From assembly GCA_016187745.1 (NCBI GenBank), contig JACPJC010000005.1, positions 234,437-298,436 on the forward strand: DNA of 64,000 nucleotides, read 5' to 3'. The notes below the pieces were generated by a model. It saw only the letters and a program-made list of their open reading frames with translations, ran no database searches and was not told the origin of the DNA. Shown here one piece after another: positions 1 to 9,574 of the stretch. A program made the translations under genes and the position numbers. Source of the DNA: Candidatus Iainarchaeum sp. Its GTDB lineage: Archaea > Iainarchaeota > Iainarchaeia > Iainarchaeales > JAXPJC01. Each line of letters begins with the position of its first letter. The first letter of the stretch is position 1.

Positions 1-2
1 AT

Positions 3-566
3 ATTAATGATTACTCAAAAGCAGTCATTCACATTTTTACCGAACTTCGAAAGCACAAAATTTATGATGAGCAATTTTTCCGAAGACTCCAACCTTTTGT
101 AGAACGAAAAATCCGAATAAAAGAATGCTCGGCACTCGGCGGCGCACTTAACCTCGTTCCTGGTGGCTTCATTGGTCCATGCAAAACACTCTTGGCAAGC
201 AAACACTTCTCCCAACCAATTGATAAAACAGAAAACTTAGGGGGTTCCAAGATTTTTACTGCATTTTCGAACCGAAGCACATTAACATTGGATGAGTGTA
301 AGAATTGTGTAGCCAGAACCATTTGTGGTGGAGGATGTACATTTGATTCCTTTGTAACGTATCACGATATTTTCCATGTAGACAAACGGAACTGCGAATA
401 TATCAGAAAAGTATTAGAATTTATGATTTGGGATCTATACAGACTAACTTCAAAGAAAAAAACTGATGTTTTGATTCCGACCAACAAGGATCGCAAAAAA
501 ATGTATGGGGGCATTAAACTTTTGAGTACCACCCTTACAGAATCCGTTGGCCATAAAATATATTGA
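3..566 (+). CDS. Radical SAM/SPASM-domain protein, C-terminal part (5' end outside window)
   Basis: Frame is open from base 3 (...IKECSALGGALNLVPGGFIGPCK...) into ECKNCVARTICGGGC...NC, the SPASM Cys pattern. Confidence 0.8.
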   Translation: MNDYSKAVIHIFTELRKHKIYDEQFFRRLQPFVERKIRIKECSALGGALNLVPGGFIGPCKTLLASKHFSQPIDKTENLGGSKIFTAFSNRSTLTLDECKNCVARTICGGGCTFDSFVTYHDIFHVDKRNCEYIRKVLEFMIWDLYRLTSKKKTDVLIPTNKDRKKMYGGIKLLSTTLTESVGHKIY

Positions 567-685
567 AATATACTTCCCACATACCTTCTCCAACATATTG
601 AGCGTCTTTCGTTCATGAATTATGATCTATTCAATAACACAACGAAAAACCTTTGTATTTATATTAATTTTCAAATAGAATAATA

Positions 686-1990
686 TTGATAAAAATGATT
701 AATCCAAAACTTATTCGAAAAGAATTTGAGTTTGTCAAGAAAAACTTGGAAAGACGCAGAGACCAAAAAACAATACAAATTCTGACAGACTGGTATGCTC
801 AAGACAAAGAATTACTCCCACTTCAACAAGAAATAGATTTTTTGAGATCAAAAATAAATAAAATCAATCAACAAATAATAGTAGAAAAACTAAGCGAAAA
901 AGATATTAAACCACTTGTAGCCGAAGCAAAAATAACAGCCCAGGTTATTAAAGAAAAAGAAGTACGTCTTAGTGCCTTAAAAATAACTCATCGTGATTTA
1001 CTGATGCGAATTCCAAACCTACTAGATGAATCGGTTCCAGTGGGAAATGATGGTAGCGAAAATCAAGTCATAAAAAGAGTGGGGAGTATAATTGAACCGG
1101 ATTTTGAACCGAAACATCACGGGCAATTAGCTACAGAACTTGGTGTAACCGATTTTGAAAGGGCCGTTAACCTATCGGGTGCAGGTTTTTACATTTTGAA
1201 AGGAGACTTAGCACTCTTAAATTTAGCAATAGTAAACTACGCAGTGAACAAATTAGCAAAAAAAGGGTTTACCTTTGTCATCACACCAGGCATGATAAAA
1301 CGAAAACCCTATGAAGGAGTAATTAATCTTGCAGACTTCCAAGATATGTTATATAAGGTAGAGAAAGAAGACTATTACCTCATTGCAACTGCCGAACATC
1401 CTTTAATCGCAATGCACATAGGCGAAACATTTGACTCTAAAGATTTACCTATAAAATACATGGGATACACAACGAACTACAGAAAAGAAATTGGTGCCCA
1501 CGGATTAGATGAAAGAGGGCTTTTTCGATTACACCAATTTGATAAAGTAGAACAAACAATTATTTGTGAACCGGAAGAAAGCAAAAAATGGCATGAAGAA
1601 TTATTAAAAAACGCTGAAGAAATAGTCAACGATTTTGAAATACCTTACCAGGTCATTTCAATTTGTGATGGAGACATTGGACTAGTCGCAGCTAAGAAGT
1701 ATGATATTGAGGCATGGTCACCGCGTGAAAAAAAATACTTTGAAACTCATTCCTTATCAAATTGCACAACTTATCAATCGTTGCGATTAAATATTAAGTA
1801 CAAAAACAGCAAAATAAAGGATTATGTTCACACCCTAAATGCAACTGCAGTTGCTGTACCTCGCATGCTAAGAGCAATCATCGAAAATTATCAAACAAAG
1901 GATGGAACAATAAAAATTCCAAAAGTGTTGCAACCAAATATGGGTGGAAAAAAAGAAATAATGAAGAGCCGTCCAGAAAGAATAAACTAG
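686..1990 (+). CDS. serS: Seryl-tRNA synthetase, located in the AT-rich island (possibly an accessory copy)
   Basis: N-terminal coiled coil, RIPN..ESVP.G, LIATAEHP, motif 2 YRKEIG...GLFRLHQFDKVE, motif 3 HTLNATAVAVPR. Confidence 0.95.
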   Translation: MIKMINPKLIRKEFEFVKKNLERRRDQKTIQILTDWYAQDKELLPLQQEIDFLRSKINKINQQIIVEKLSEKDIKPLVAEAKITAQVIKEKEVRLSALKITHRDLLMRIPNLLDESVPVGNDGSENQVIKRVGSIIEPDFEPKHHGQLATELGVTDFERAVNLSGAGFYILKGDLALLNLAIVNYAVNKLAKKGFTFVITPGMIKRKPYEGVINLADFQDMLYKVEKEDYYLIATAEHPLIAMHIGETFDSKDLPIKYMGYTTNYRKEIGAHGLDERGLFRLHQFDKVEQTIICEPEESKKWHEELLKNAEEIVNDFEIPYQVISICDGDIGLVAAKKYDIEAWSPREKKYFETHSLSNCTTYQSLRLNIKYKNSKIKDYVHTLNATAVAVPRMLRAIIENYQTKDGTIKIPKVLQPNMGGKKEIMKSRPERIN

Positions 1991-3156
1991 TCGAACAACT
2001 TCTCCAAAAACTCTTCTGTAATTACATTATTTCCCCCGTTTGATTTCTTATACTTTTTAAAAGCTTGGAAAATGTCATTGTCAGATTTCTTGATTCCAAA
2101 TGACTTAAGTGTTTTAATGAAACAGCCTAAACTACTATTAATGGTAAGAGGAAAATCAGTCCGTTTCCCCCATTGTTCGAAATTGACTACTTGAAAAGAA
2201 AATGGATCTTTTTTCATCCAGTCTTGGTGAATACCTGACGCGTGTTTTGACACCCACTCCCCAACAACCGGTGTGTGCAACGAAAGGGGGTTATATTTAA
2301 TTATTTTTTTTAAAGCTTCAACAGCCAGCAAGGCATTTTCAGATTGAAAGTTTATTTTTTTATGAAAATAATCCCTTCGGCTTAAAAGGCTGGCAATAAC
2401 TGCTTCTTTTTGCGCGTTTCCCGCCCTCTCACCAATACCCGCAACAGTAACTTCTGCTTGTTTTGCACCAGCTTGAATTCCTAAAATAGTGTTTGCAACA
2501 GCTAATCCTAAATCATTGTGGGTATGAACACTTAATATTGTCCTGTCTCTCACTTTTTCTTTAACTCGTTTAACTAAAGAATAGTATTCTAACGGTAATG
2601 CAAAGCCAGGGCTGTCTGCCAAAGTAATAATTTTAGCCCCTGCTGATTCAGCAGCAAGTACAGTAAGCAAAAGGTATTTCCAATTTAATCGAACTGCATC
2701 AACCGCACAATATTGAATTTGTAAGCCGGGATAAAGTTCTTTAGCATACTTAATACTCTCTACAATTTGCTTTTTTGCCGACTTTATGTTCAGCCCTAAT
2801 GTTTTATCTTTTTTTGTCGTGCTCCCTGCAATGAACAGATAAATTCTACCCCTTCCAGAAGAAATTGCCGGTTCAAGTGCCGCAACTGTTTTTTCAACAT
2901 CCTCCAATTTACACCTTGAAATAGCAGAAATTACAACAGGCCACTTCTCAAGTGCGCAAGATTCGCTTATTTTTTTAACTGCTTTAAAATCTTGGCCGTG
3001 TGCGGCAGGAAATCCACATTCAATGACGTCCGCTTGTCTGTTCTTTCCAAGAAAACGCGCAAATTTTAGCTTTTGTTTCCAGTTTAAATTACCCTCTGCT
3101 GTTTGAACTCCATCACGCAAAGTTGTATCATACACAAATATCTTGTTCACACGCAT
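1987..3156 (-). CDS. LeuA/homocitrate-synthase-like DRE-TIM metallolyase without the regulatory domain
   Basis: DTTLRDG.Q, HTHNDLGLAVAN, GIGERAGNA, HASGIHQD motifs; only 389 aa. Confidence 0.85.
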   Translation of the reverse strand: MRVNKIFVYDTTLRDGVQTAEGNLNWKQKLKFARFLGKNRQADVIECGFPAAHGQDFKAVKKISESCALEKWPVVISAISRCKLEDVEKTVAALEPAISSGRGRIYLFIAGSTTKKDKTLGLNIKSAKKQIVESIKYAKELYPGLQIQYCAVDAVRLNWKYLLLTVLAAESAGAKIITLADSPGFALPLEYYSLVKRVKEKVRDRTILSVHTHNDLGLAVANTILGIQAGAKQAEVTVAGIGERAGNAQKEAVIASLLSRRDYFHKKINFQSENALLAVEALKKIIKYNPLSLHTPVVGEWVSKHASGIHQDWMKKDPFSFQVVNFEQWGKRTDFPLTINSSLGCFIKTLKSFGIKKSDNDIFQAFKKYKKSNGGNNVITEEFLEKLFD

Positions 3157-3404
3157 TTAGTTACCTTTTTTATTCTCTTCTCTAGAAAGTTAATTATATC
3201 CCCGACTTTTTCAACTTCAATAATCTGTTTCAATGACATCTTAACTCCAAATTCCTTTTCAATAGCATCAATGAGTTTTATGTGATTTAACGAATCCCAC
3301 GATTGAAAATCATTTGGAGTCATTTTTGGAGAAATATTGATTGTTTTGTCTCCAAAAAAATCCCTAAAAACTTTGTTCAATCGTATTGAGATATCACTTT
3401 TCAT
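3147..3404 (-). CDS. Acyl carrier protein
   Basis: WDSLNHI phosphopantetheine site; ~85 aa; start set at MKSD. Confidence 0.9.
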   Translation of the reverse strand: MKSDISIRLNKVFRDFFGDKTINISPKMTPNDFQSWDSLNHIKLIDAIEKEFGVKMSLKQIIEVEKVGDIINFLEKRIKKVTKCV

Positions 3405-5214
3405 TTGACTCACACACATGTACTTTCAACGGTTTAAAGTTTGAAACATTCAGCACCCAAACAGAATTGTTTTTTGTTGAACTCTTTCTTGAAAAACCTA
3501 ATTTACCATACAAATCACGAACTATCTCATTTTTTTGAGTCTTGTTATACTTTCCAATAACAAACTTCTTCTTCAATCTAATGGCCTGTTTAATGACCCA
3601 ATTAATTACAAACTTTTCGATGTCTCTAGAAAAAACTCTGCAACTCATTACCCAATTGAGAATAACCAATGCATCATTTTTCTGTTGTAGCACCATTGCG
3701 CTAATAGATCCTGAATCTCCAAATTTATCATTTAAATCAAAGACCGTAAACATTTTCAAATTATTGTCTTTTAATTCTGTTTCTGAAAACCTTTCCCCCG
3801 TGAGATTAAATTGATTGCATCGCTGAAACAGTTGTACGGCTCTTGGAGCATAAAAATCTTCATTATAATGAATATTACAAACCATGGTAAGGCTATCTAA
3901 AAACTCCCCTAAATCTTTAAACTTTGATTTGTGTTCATTTCTCAAAGTATTTACTTTATAATATTCCGTTCTTCGAACGTCTTCTTCAGTAAACGAAGCC
4001 GACTCAAACAGATTTAGCTCTTGTAAAAATGTGATATACTCAACAGGGTCTTCCGGCAAGTCAGGAACACAGATCCCCCAACAGCAGCTTTCTACCAATT
4101 CTCGTTCAACAGGATCATCGTCAAAAAAAACCATTGAATCTATTTCGATGTTCAACTCTTTAGCTATTTTTTTTATGTTGGTTGCTTTATCTTGCCAATT
4201 TATTGCAAAAAATGAAATATCATTTTCTCTCAAAATCATATCTGGGTGTTCTCGGAAAACTTTTATTGCATTCTCAAATGAATTCTTGCTACAAACAGCC
4301 AGTATTATCCCTCTCTGCTTCAAATTTTTCAAGTATTGTTGAATTCGTGTGAAAGCTTCTCCGAAAGCAGTTCCCCCTATTGCAATCTTTTCAATACCGT
4401 CCTCTGCCACTATACCGCCCCACACAAAATTATCCAAATCAAATACAACACATTTTTTTGTTTTTCCTTTTACTGCCAAAATTATATCACAAATGTTTTT
4501 GGCAATATGGGCAGTAAAATCCAGGGAAGGATAACTTTTTGAGTAATGCCATATGCGATAGTCCGTCCAATTTTTTCTCCCAAAATAAGAGGATAAAAAG
4601 TCTACGTCGTTTATGAAAACATTTTTGTAGGTTCTAGCGACGGATGAGATTTCTAAGTTTAATCGGATTATTGCTTCTTTAAAGGAAAAAAGTTTGTTTT
4701 CGTAATTGCCAAACTCTCTCCAAGTATCTACTTCGAAATTGCTCTGAATAATACTGCATGTAATTCTTTCATTAATTGAGTTCCAAAGTGAAATGATTTT
4801 TTTAGTTTCTTGTTTTACAAAAGTGTTAAACTCCCTTTTGTTAGCAAAAATAAAATTTTTTCTATTAAGCAACAAGAGATTATTGTTAATCACAACTATC
4901 TGGGGTTTGAAAGTAATCAGCTTTGAATCACGGTTCAAAAATTCCTGTATCGTTGAGTTAAAATTACCAAAATAGAATTTTGGCGAAAAACCATTGATCA
5001 ATAAGAATGACTTTAGTGCGGGTTCAAATAGTTTAGAAGCACTATTGCCAAAAATAGCAATACGTATTATTGGCAACCCTTTCGAATCCATTTCTTCTGC
5101 AATTTTGCATATTTCATTGTATGACTGCATTCTATCACACGACCGAAAGTACTGCCTTACCACTATGGCTGGCTGGTGAACGGTTGCTTTTATCTCTTTC
5201 TTGAAATATTTCAT
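3394..5214 (-). CDS. FkbH-like HAD-IIIC glyceryl transferase/phosphatase
   Basis: VFDLDNFVWGG, LAVCSKN, FFDDDP.ER, D.FGDSG and the C-terminal MSCRV Cys; true start may be MQSY near 5130. Confidence 0.9.
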   Translation of the reverse strand: MKYFKKEIKATVHQPAIVVRQYFRSCDRMQSYNEICKIAEEMDSKGLPIIRIAIFGNSASKLFEPALKSFLLINGFSPKFYFGNFNSTIQEFLNRDSKLITFKPQIVVINNNLLLLNRKNFIFANKREFNTFVKQETKKIISLWNSINERITCSIIQSNFEVDTWREFGNYENKLFSFKEAIIRLNLEISSVARTYKNVFINDVDFLSSYFGRKNWTDYRIWHYSKSYPSLDFTAHIAKNICDIILAVKGKTKKCVVFDLDNFVWGGIVAEDGIEKIAIGGTAFGEAFTRIQQYLKNLKQRGIILAVCSKNSFENAIKVFREHPDMILRENDISFFAINWQDKATNIKKIAKELNIEIDSMVFFDDDPVERELVESCCWGICVPDLPEDPVEYITFLQELNLFESASFTEEDVRRTEYYKVNTLRNEHKSKFKDLGEFLDSLTMVCNIHYNEDFYAPRAVQLFQRCNQFNLTGERFSETELKDNNLKMFTVFDLNDKFGDSGSISAMVLQQKNDALVILNWVMSCRVFSRDIEKFVINWVIKQAIRLKKKFVIGKYNKTQKNEIVRDLYGKLGFSRKSSTKNNSVWVLNVSNFKPLKVHVCESNEK

Positions 5215-5411
5215 TGTTGTCGCGCGCAGCCGCCAAAGGTGGCCCTCTAGTGGCGGGATAGGAGACTAAGCTATGGATAAAATAAATGGCATAAGCTATA
5301 AAAAAGGGAATGATACAAGAAGCAACTGGATAATGTTCATTAAAACATTCGTTACTTGTGCCCTTAACGATACGGCCTTCGCTAATTGGCTCCGATTATT
5401 CTAAGCTCTTT

Positions 5412-5789
5412 TTAGGTTTCTTTATAATCTCGCTTCTTTGGGAGCATTATTGTCATAGCAATGGCAAAATCTGCTGAATGGGAAATGCTAGATAAAAAAG
5501 AAACACGGGGGAGTTTTTTTACTGAAATTAAAATTGCCCTGTCTTTTTTGGGTTCAATTCGGATGTCTTTTAATCCTAGTTTTACGGTATTCGCGCAAGC
5601 TTTTATTGTAGCTTCTTTGGCACAAAAGATTCCTGCAAAAGAAGCGGCTGTGTTTTTTCTTTTTTTAAGGCAGTACTTAATTTCATTTTCTAAAAATATT
5701 TTTTTAAAGAACATTTTATTTTCTTTGTAACTTTTGTTGAATCGGCTTATCTTTTCAATGTCAATTCCCACCCCTTGCATTTTTTTCAC
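5412..5789 (-). CDS. acpS: Holo-ACP synthase (4'-phosphopantetheinyl transferase)
   Basis: GVGIDIEKI, FCAKEA.IKA, SISHS motifs. Confidence 0.9.
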   Translation of the reverse strand: MKKMQGVGIDIEKISRFNKSYKENKMFFKKIFLENEIKYCLKKRKNTAASFAGIFCAKEATIKACANTVKLGLKDIRIEPKKDRAILISVKKLPRVSFLSSISHSADFAIAMTIMLPKKRDYKET

Positions 5790-6728
5790 CTAGATTATAT
5801 CTTCTATCTTCCAATAAGCATATGTGTGCTGGTATTCTCGGGGGAAGTCTGCTTCTATTTCAGACAAAAATTCTGTTAATGGAATGTTAGAGTTGACTAG
5901 AATATTCTGAGAAAATTGGTCTTTGGTCTCAAAGAGAAGTTTTGTGAAAAGGATTTTACGTTTTTTGTATATTTCTACAGCCTTTTTTCTTCTATAATGC
6001 AATAGGTAGTGTAGTCGTAACCAGTCTTTTTCATTCTTAACATAATCGTTTAGATAAGTAGTTGCATAGCTTGGAAGGTCTCCCTTGAGGAGTTCAAAAG
6101 GAGTTAAAGGGTTGACACTTTTTTTAGAAAACGAGGGCTGTTTAAGTTTAATCAGTTTTGATATTACAAAGTGTCTCCATTTGAGGTTTGGGGGGGCACG
6201 ATTTCGTTCTAGAAACCACACAATTTCCTGGTGATCTGCGCACATCATTCTGGAGAATTTACAATCAAATTGCGCTATCCATTGCAAAAATTTCTTTTCT
6301 TCTTGAATATATTCGTTTTTCAATACCAGAAATTTTTTTGAAGCTGTTTTTTTAATGTTCTTAAATCGCTTAGAAGGGTCATAAATTGGCGTAAGCTTTT
6401 GAATCCACCAAAAAATGTATGGGTTTACTATTGGGGTTTGAATATTTTCCAGAATATCAAAATAAGAGGATTTGTCATCTTGGAAATGTAAACGAATTCC
6501 CCCTTTAACCAGAACTCTTGGGGAGAGCATCCTTGAAATTCTCTCTGCGTCTTCTGAGACTGCTGTTGTATCTGAGCCAGAAATTATCAGGTCCAAATCA
6601 GAATATTGGTCAATTTGAATGTTCTTCGTTGAAGCCCCTAACAAAATCATATATTTGCCAGGATAATTTTTAGTCAATAGTTTGGCAAATTTTTTTGAAA
6701 TTTTAATGCTATTTTTTGCAAAATCCAA
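5790..6728 (-). CDS. Putative Pol-beta-superfamily nucleotidyltransferase
   Basis: LLGAST...DQYSDLDL resembles the hG[GS]x9-13DhD signature; remainder not recognised. Confidence 0.5.
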   Translation of the reverse strand: MDFAKNSIKISKKFAKLLTKNYPGKYMILLGASTKNIQIDQYSDLDLIISGSDTTAVSEDAERISRMLSPRVLVKGGIRLHFQDDKSSYFDILENIQTPIVNPYIFWWIQKLTPIYDPSKRFKNIKKTASKKFLVLKNEYIQEEKKFLQWIAQFDCKFSRMMCADHQEIVWFLERNRAPPNLKWRHFVISKLIKLKQPSFSKKSVNPLTPFELLKGDLPSYATTYLNDYVKNEKDWLRLHYLLHYRRKKAVEIYKKRKILFTKLLFETKDQFSQNILVNSNIPLTEFLSEIEADFPREYQHTYAYWKIEDII

Positions 6729-7332
6729 AAAGCAACACCACCTTTCTTAAGAACATTTGTTCATTTTTGGGGATAAGATTAATTAGAAAAACGTTCTGTT
6801 GTTTCAAAAGCTGCTTTTCAAATTTAAGGTAGTTTTTGATTCTTTTTCTAAGGATTTGCTTGTCATCATCGGCGCGTATGCCTAATTTCCCATGGCAACG
6901 GGGGCATTTCTTGTGAATCCTTTTATTATATGTTTCGAGACATCTTGGGCAAAACCTACGATTTAAGGCATTCTTAAAAATTGTTTCTTTATCGTAGTAC
7001 GTAATTACAAATATGATTCCGTCGCTGCAAAGCTTGGCTTGACTTGCGGTGCGAGGAAATCCATCTACAATACAAAATGCCGGGAGTTGTGAAAAGGCTT
7101 TTTTTACTTCATAGTTTGATGCTAAAGCCGCTCTTTCTTTTTTCTTCAATTGCAAGCTAAAGTTAATTAATGGCAGTCCGGTTATTTTAGATAACAAAAA
7201 GGAGAAAAATGTTTTACCGATTGCTGGAGGTCCAGTGATATATATTCTCATAATTTTTACTCTTTTTGTATAAAATAAATCAACATAACTTCTTTTAAAA
7301 TACTGTTTTTTGGGTAATAATTTTTTGAACAT
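6709..7332 (-). CDS. Adenylate-kinase-like NMP kinase with Zn lid
   Basis: GPPAIGKT P-loop, VDGFPRT, CPRC...CPRC lid, R.DD; likely start at MRIYITG. Confidence 0.8.
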   Translation of the reverse strand: MFKKLLPKKQYFKRSYVDLFYTKRVKIMRIYITGPPAIGKTFFSFLLSKITGLPLINFSLQLKKKERAALASNYEVKKAFSQLPAFCIVDGFPRTASQAKLCSDGIIFVITYYDKETIFKNALNRRFCPRCLETYNKRIHKKCPRCHGKLGIRADDDKQILRKRIKNYLKFEKQLLKQQNVFLINLIPKNEQMFLRKVVLLFGFCKK

Positions 7333-7676
7333 GTTGCAATCTTGCAGTTCTCAAAGAAACTCAAATTAACCGGGATAATGCCCTGCTGCATTGGGCTTCA
7401 TTGAAGTCTCTTTTTTCTCACCCAATCCTGAGATTGTCCGCTATCATGCATAGCAGTATCTCTTTGCGTTGTTGGGTTGCTTTGTGTAGGTAGAGAAACC
7501 CTCCATAGCGGCGTTTAAGTCTGCCGATTGCAGACTCGCTTATACTGCGCCTTAGGCTTTTCGTTATGCATATTGCTAAGTTTTTTGCCTGACATATTTA
7601 TCCTCTAATTTTATGAGCATACTCATATGCAACATTCTCTTTCCCTGTCATCCCCCCAGCTAATTTCTATCTGAAT

Positions 7677-7871
7677 TTATCCCTTCTTGGTAAATCTTTT
7701 ACTAAAGAACCTTGGCGCTGAACGCTCCGCTTTTCAAAGCGGAGATGAAAGCTATTGTACTTATCATAATTAAACGCCTTGGCATTTATGCCAAGGTTCT
7801 TTACATTCCTGCAATTCATCGCAGAACTTGCAGTTGAACTGGTAGCTTGCATACTGCCCAAAACAGGCCAT
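7677..7871 (-). pseudogene. Small Cys-rich protein gene interrupted by a MITE (paralog of 21034..21183)
   Basis: Removing 7703-7804 restores MACFGQYASYQFNCKFCDELQECKRFTKKG*. Confidence 0.65.
7703..7804 (+). mobile_element. IS200/IS605-type MITE, copy 1
   Basis: 102 bp, follows TTTAC and ends TTTAC; terminal TAAAGAACCTTGGC/GCCAAGGTTCTTTA inverted repeat; internal hairpins; similar copy at 20496. Confidence 0.75.
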
Positions 7872-8132
7872 TCCCTGCTTTTCCTTATGCGTGCCATGCC
7901 AAATTCATATTTGTGCCTCCTGCAGGCAAGGCGGTTAAGGCACATAATCTATCAGAACTTGCAAAATTTTTTGTAAATAAATTCGGGAAATCCTGACTTA
8001 GGCAATAAATGGCATCAGCCAGAGCCATGTTATGTATAATCATTTGCTTCCCGCCCCATCAAAAGGTTTTTATATAATGGAATTATTATTAATTAAGCGG
8101 AATCTGGAATGATTTTCGGAAAGTGAAAAGCA

Positions 8133-8915
8133 ATGCCAAAGGACGGGATTGAAAGGGTTGAGACGGGGATAAAGGGCTTGGACAAGGCGCTTAATGGCGG
8201 CGTTCCCCGCGGCAATTTAGTTCTTATTTCAGGCGGAGCAGGCACTGGAAAGAGCACGCTCTCCCTGCAATTCGTTTACAACGGCGCAAAGCTCTATGGC
8301 GAAAAAGGCGTTTATTTTACCACAGAGCAGAGGGAAGATGAGCTTAGAAAACAAGCCACAAGATTCGGCTGGGATCTGGCAGCATTGGAAAAGAAAGGGC
8401 TGCTAAAGCTGATTTTCCTTGATATTGTGCACAAGGTGAATTTCTATGAAACAATTGAAACAACCATCAGAACCTTCAAGCCTGAGAGAGTAGTAGTGGA
8501 TTCAATGGTAACGCTTGCAGACAGCATGAGCATAACAGACTTCAAGGACCTTACTGCAATCTCATTTGCACAGCTCTTGGAAAACGTGGGACCGCAGGCG
8601 CAGGTGCAGCAAGCGGAGAAGCTCATAACGCGCAATATTCTTTACAATCTCTACAGCGCGCTGAAGCAGGCGAATGTAACAGCGCTTCTGGTTTCAGAGC
8701 TGCCTGAAAAGAGCGATTTCCTGAGCGCTGATGAGATAAGTGAATTTATAAGTGATGGAGTTATTTTGTTGCATTATTTAGGCATTGGCAGCGCAGAGTT
8801 CAGATCATTACAAATTAGGAAAATGCGCTACACAACACATGAGAAAGATTACATTTTGTATGACATCGCTAATACAGGAATTGAAATTAAAAAAGAAGCA
8901 GAAATAAAAGTTTGA
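8133..8915 (+). CDS. KaiC/RAD55-like RecA-superfamily ATPase (single domain)
   Basis: TGIKGLD..LNGG, GGAGTGKS Walker A, VVVDS Walker B, EFISDGVI, IRKMR. Confidence 0.9.
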   Translation: MPKDGIERVETGIKGLDKALNGGVPRGNLVLISGGAGTGKSTLSLQFVYNGAKLYGEKGVYFTTEQREDELRKQATRFGWDLAALEKKGLLKLIFLDIVHKVNFYETIETTIRTFKPERVVVDSMVTLADSMSITDFKDLTAISFAQLLENVGPQAQVQQAEKLITRNILYNLYSALKQANVTALLVSELPEKSDFLSADEISEFISDGVILLHYLGIGSAEFRSLQIRKMRYTTHEKDYILYDIANTGIEIKKEAEIKV

Positions 8916-8959
8916 ATGAACGAATTAAAATTTCTCTCAATAAAAGATGGAGAAGAACA

Positions 8960-9574
8960 ATGGGTGTTTTTGGAATAGAATATGGGGAGATAGCAAAACT
9001 TTTAATTGGTGGGCAACTTACGTTTAAAGAAGGAAAAATAGAGCTACTTGGAGAAGGCGTTACTTTTGTTCCACTTACAGACCACATCGCAGAAATAAAA
9101 TATTATGAAAATATGAATGCGGAGAATGGAATATATATTGGAGCCAAATATACTGGTCTTACTTGGAATGAAAAAATGTTAACTAAATATAAAACAAAAA
9201 CACCTAGGGAGATTTTTGAGTGGGGAAATAAAGTTATGAATCTTGCAGGCTACGGTGAATTCAAAGTTTATAAAGAAAATAAAGATAGGACTGAATGGAT
9301 CTGGAGAATTTATAATAGCCAAATAGCTGAAGCATACCTCAAGAAGTATGGAAAAGCAAAATGGCCAGTTTGCCACAGGGTTAGGGGCTACTTCGCCGGA
9401 GCAGCAAGCTTTGTAGCTAGAGTTGACTTGGATGCTGTGGAAGTAAAATGCAAAGCAAAAGGGGACTCATATTGTGAATTTGTCATTAAAAAAAATAAAA
9501 AATTTAATATAGCAACTACATTAGTAAAAAAACAACTTAAAGATATAGGTCAGGAGTCATATGCAAGAGAATAA
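8960..9574 (+). CDS. V4R (small-ligand binding) domain protein
   Basis: AGYG, PVCH..RGYFAG, EVKCKAKGDSYCEF V4R signature. Confidence 0.85.
   Translation: MGVFGIEYGEIAKLLIGGQLTFKEGKIELLGEGVTFVPLTDHIAEIKYYENMNAENGIYIGAKYTGLTWNEKMLTKYKTKTPREIFEWGNKVMNLAGYGEFKVYKENKDRTEWIWRIYNSQIAEAYLKKYGKAKWPVCHRVRGYFAGAASFVARVDLDAVEVKCKAKGDSYCEFVIKKNKKFNIATTLVKKQLKDIGQESYARE

Noticed and set aside
5215-5411. GC-rich patch with a small hairpin between acpS and the FkbH gene, as tRNA or riboswitch
   Set aside because: No cloverleaf, T-loop or recognisable riboswitch consensus
7667-7976. 92-aa and 65-aa ORFs from the track
   Set aside because: Off-frame or antisense readings across the MITE and the microprotein gene
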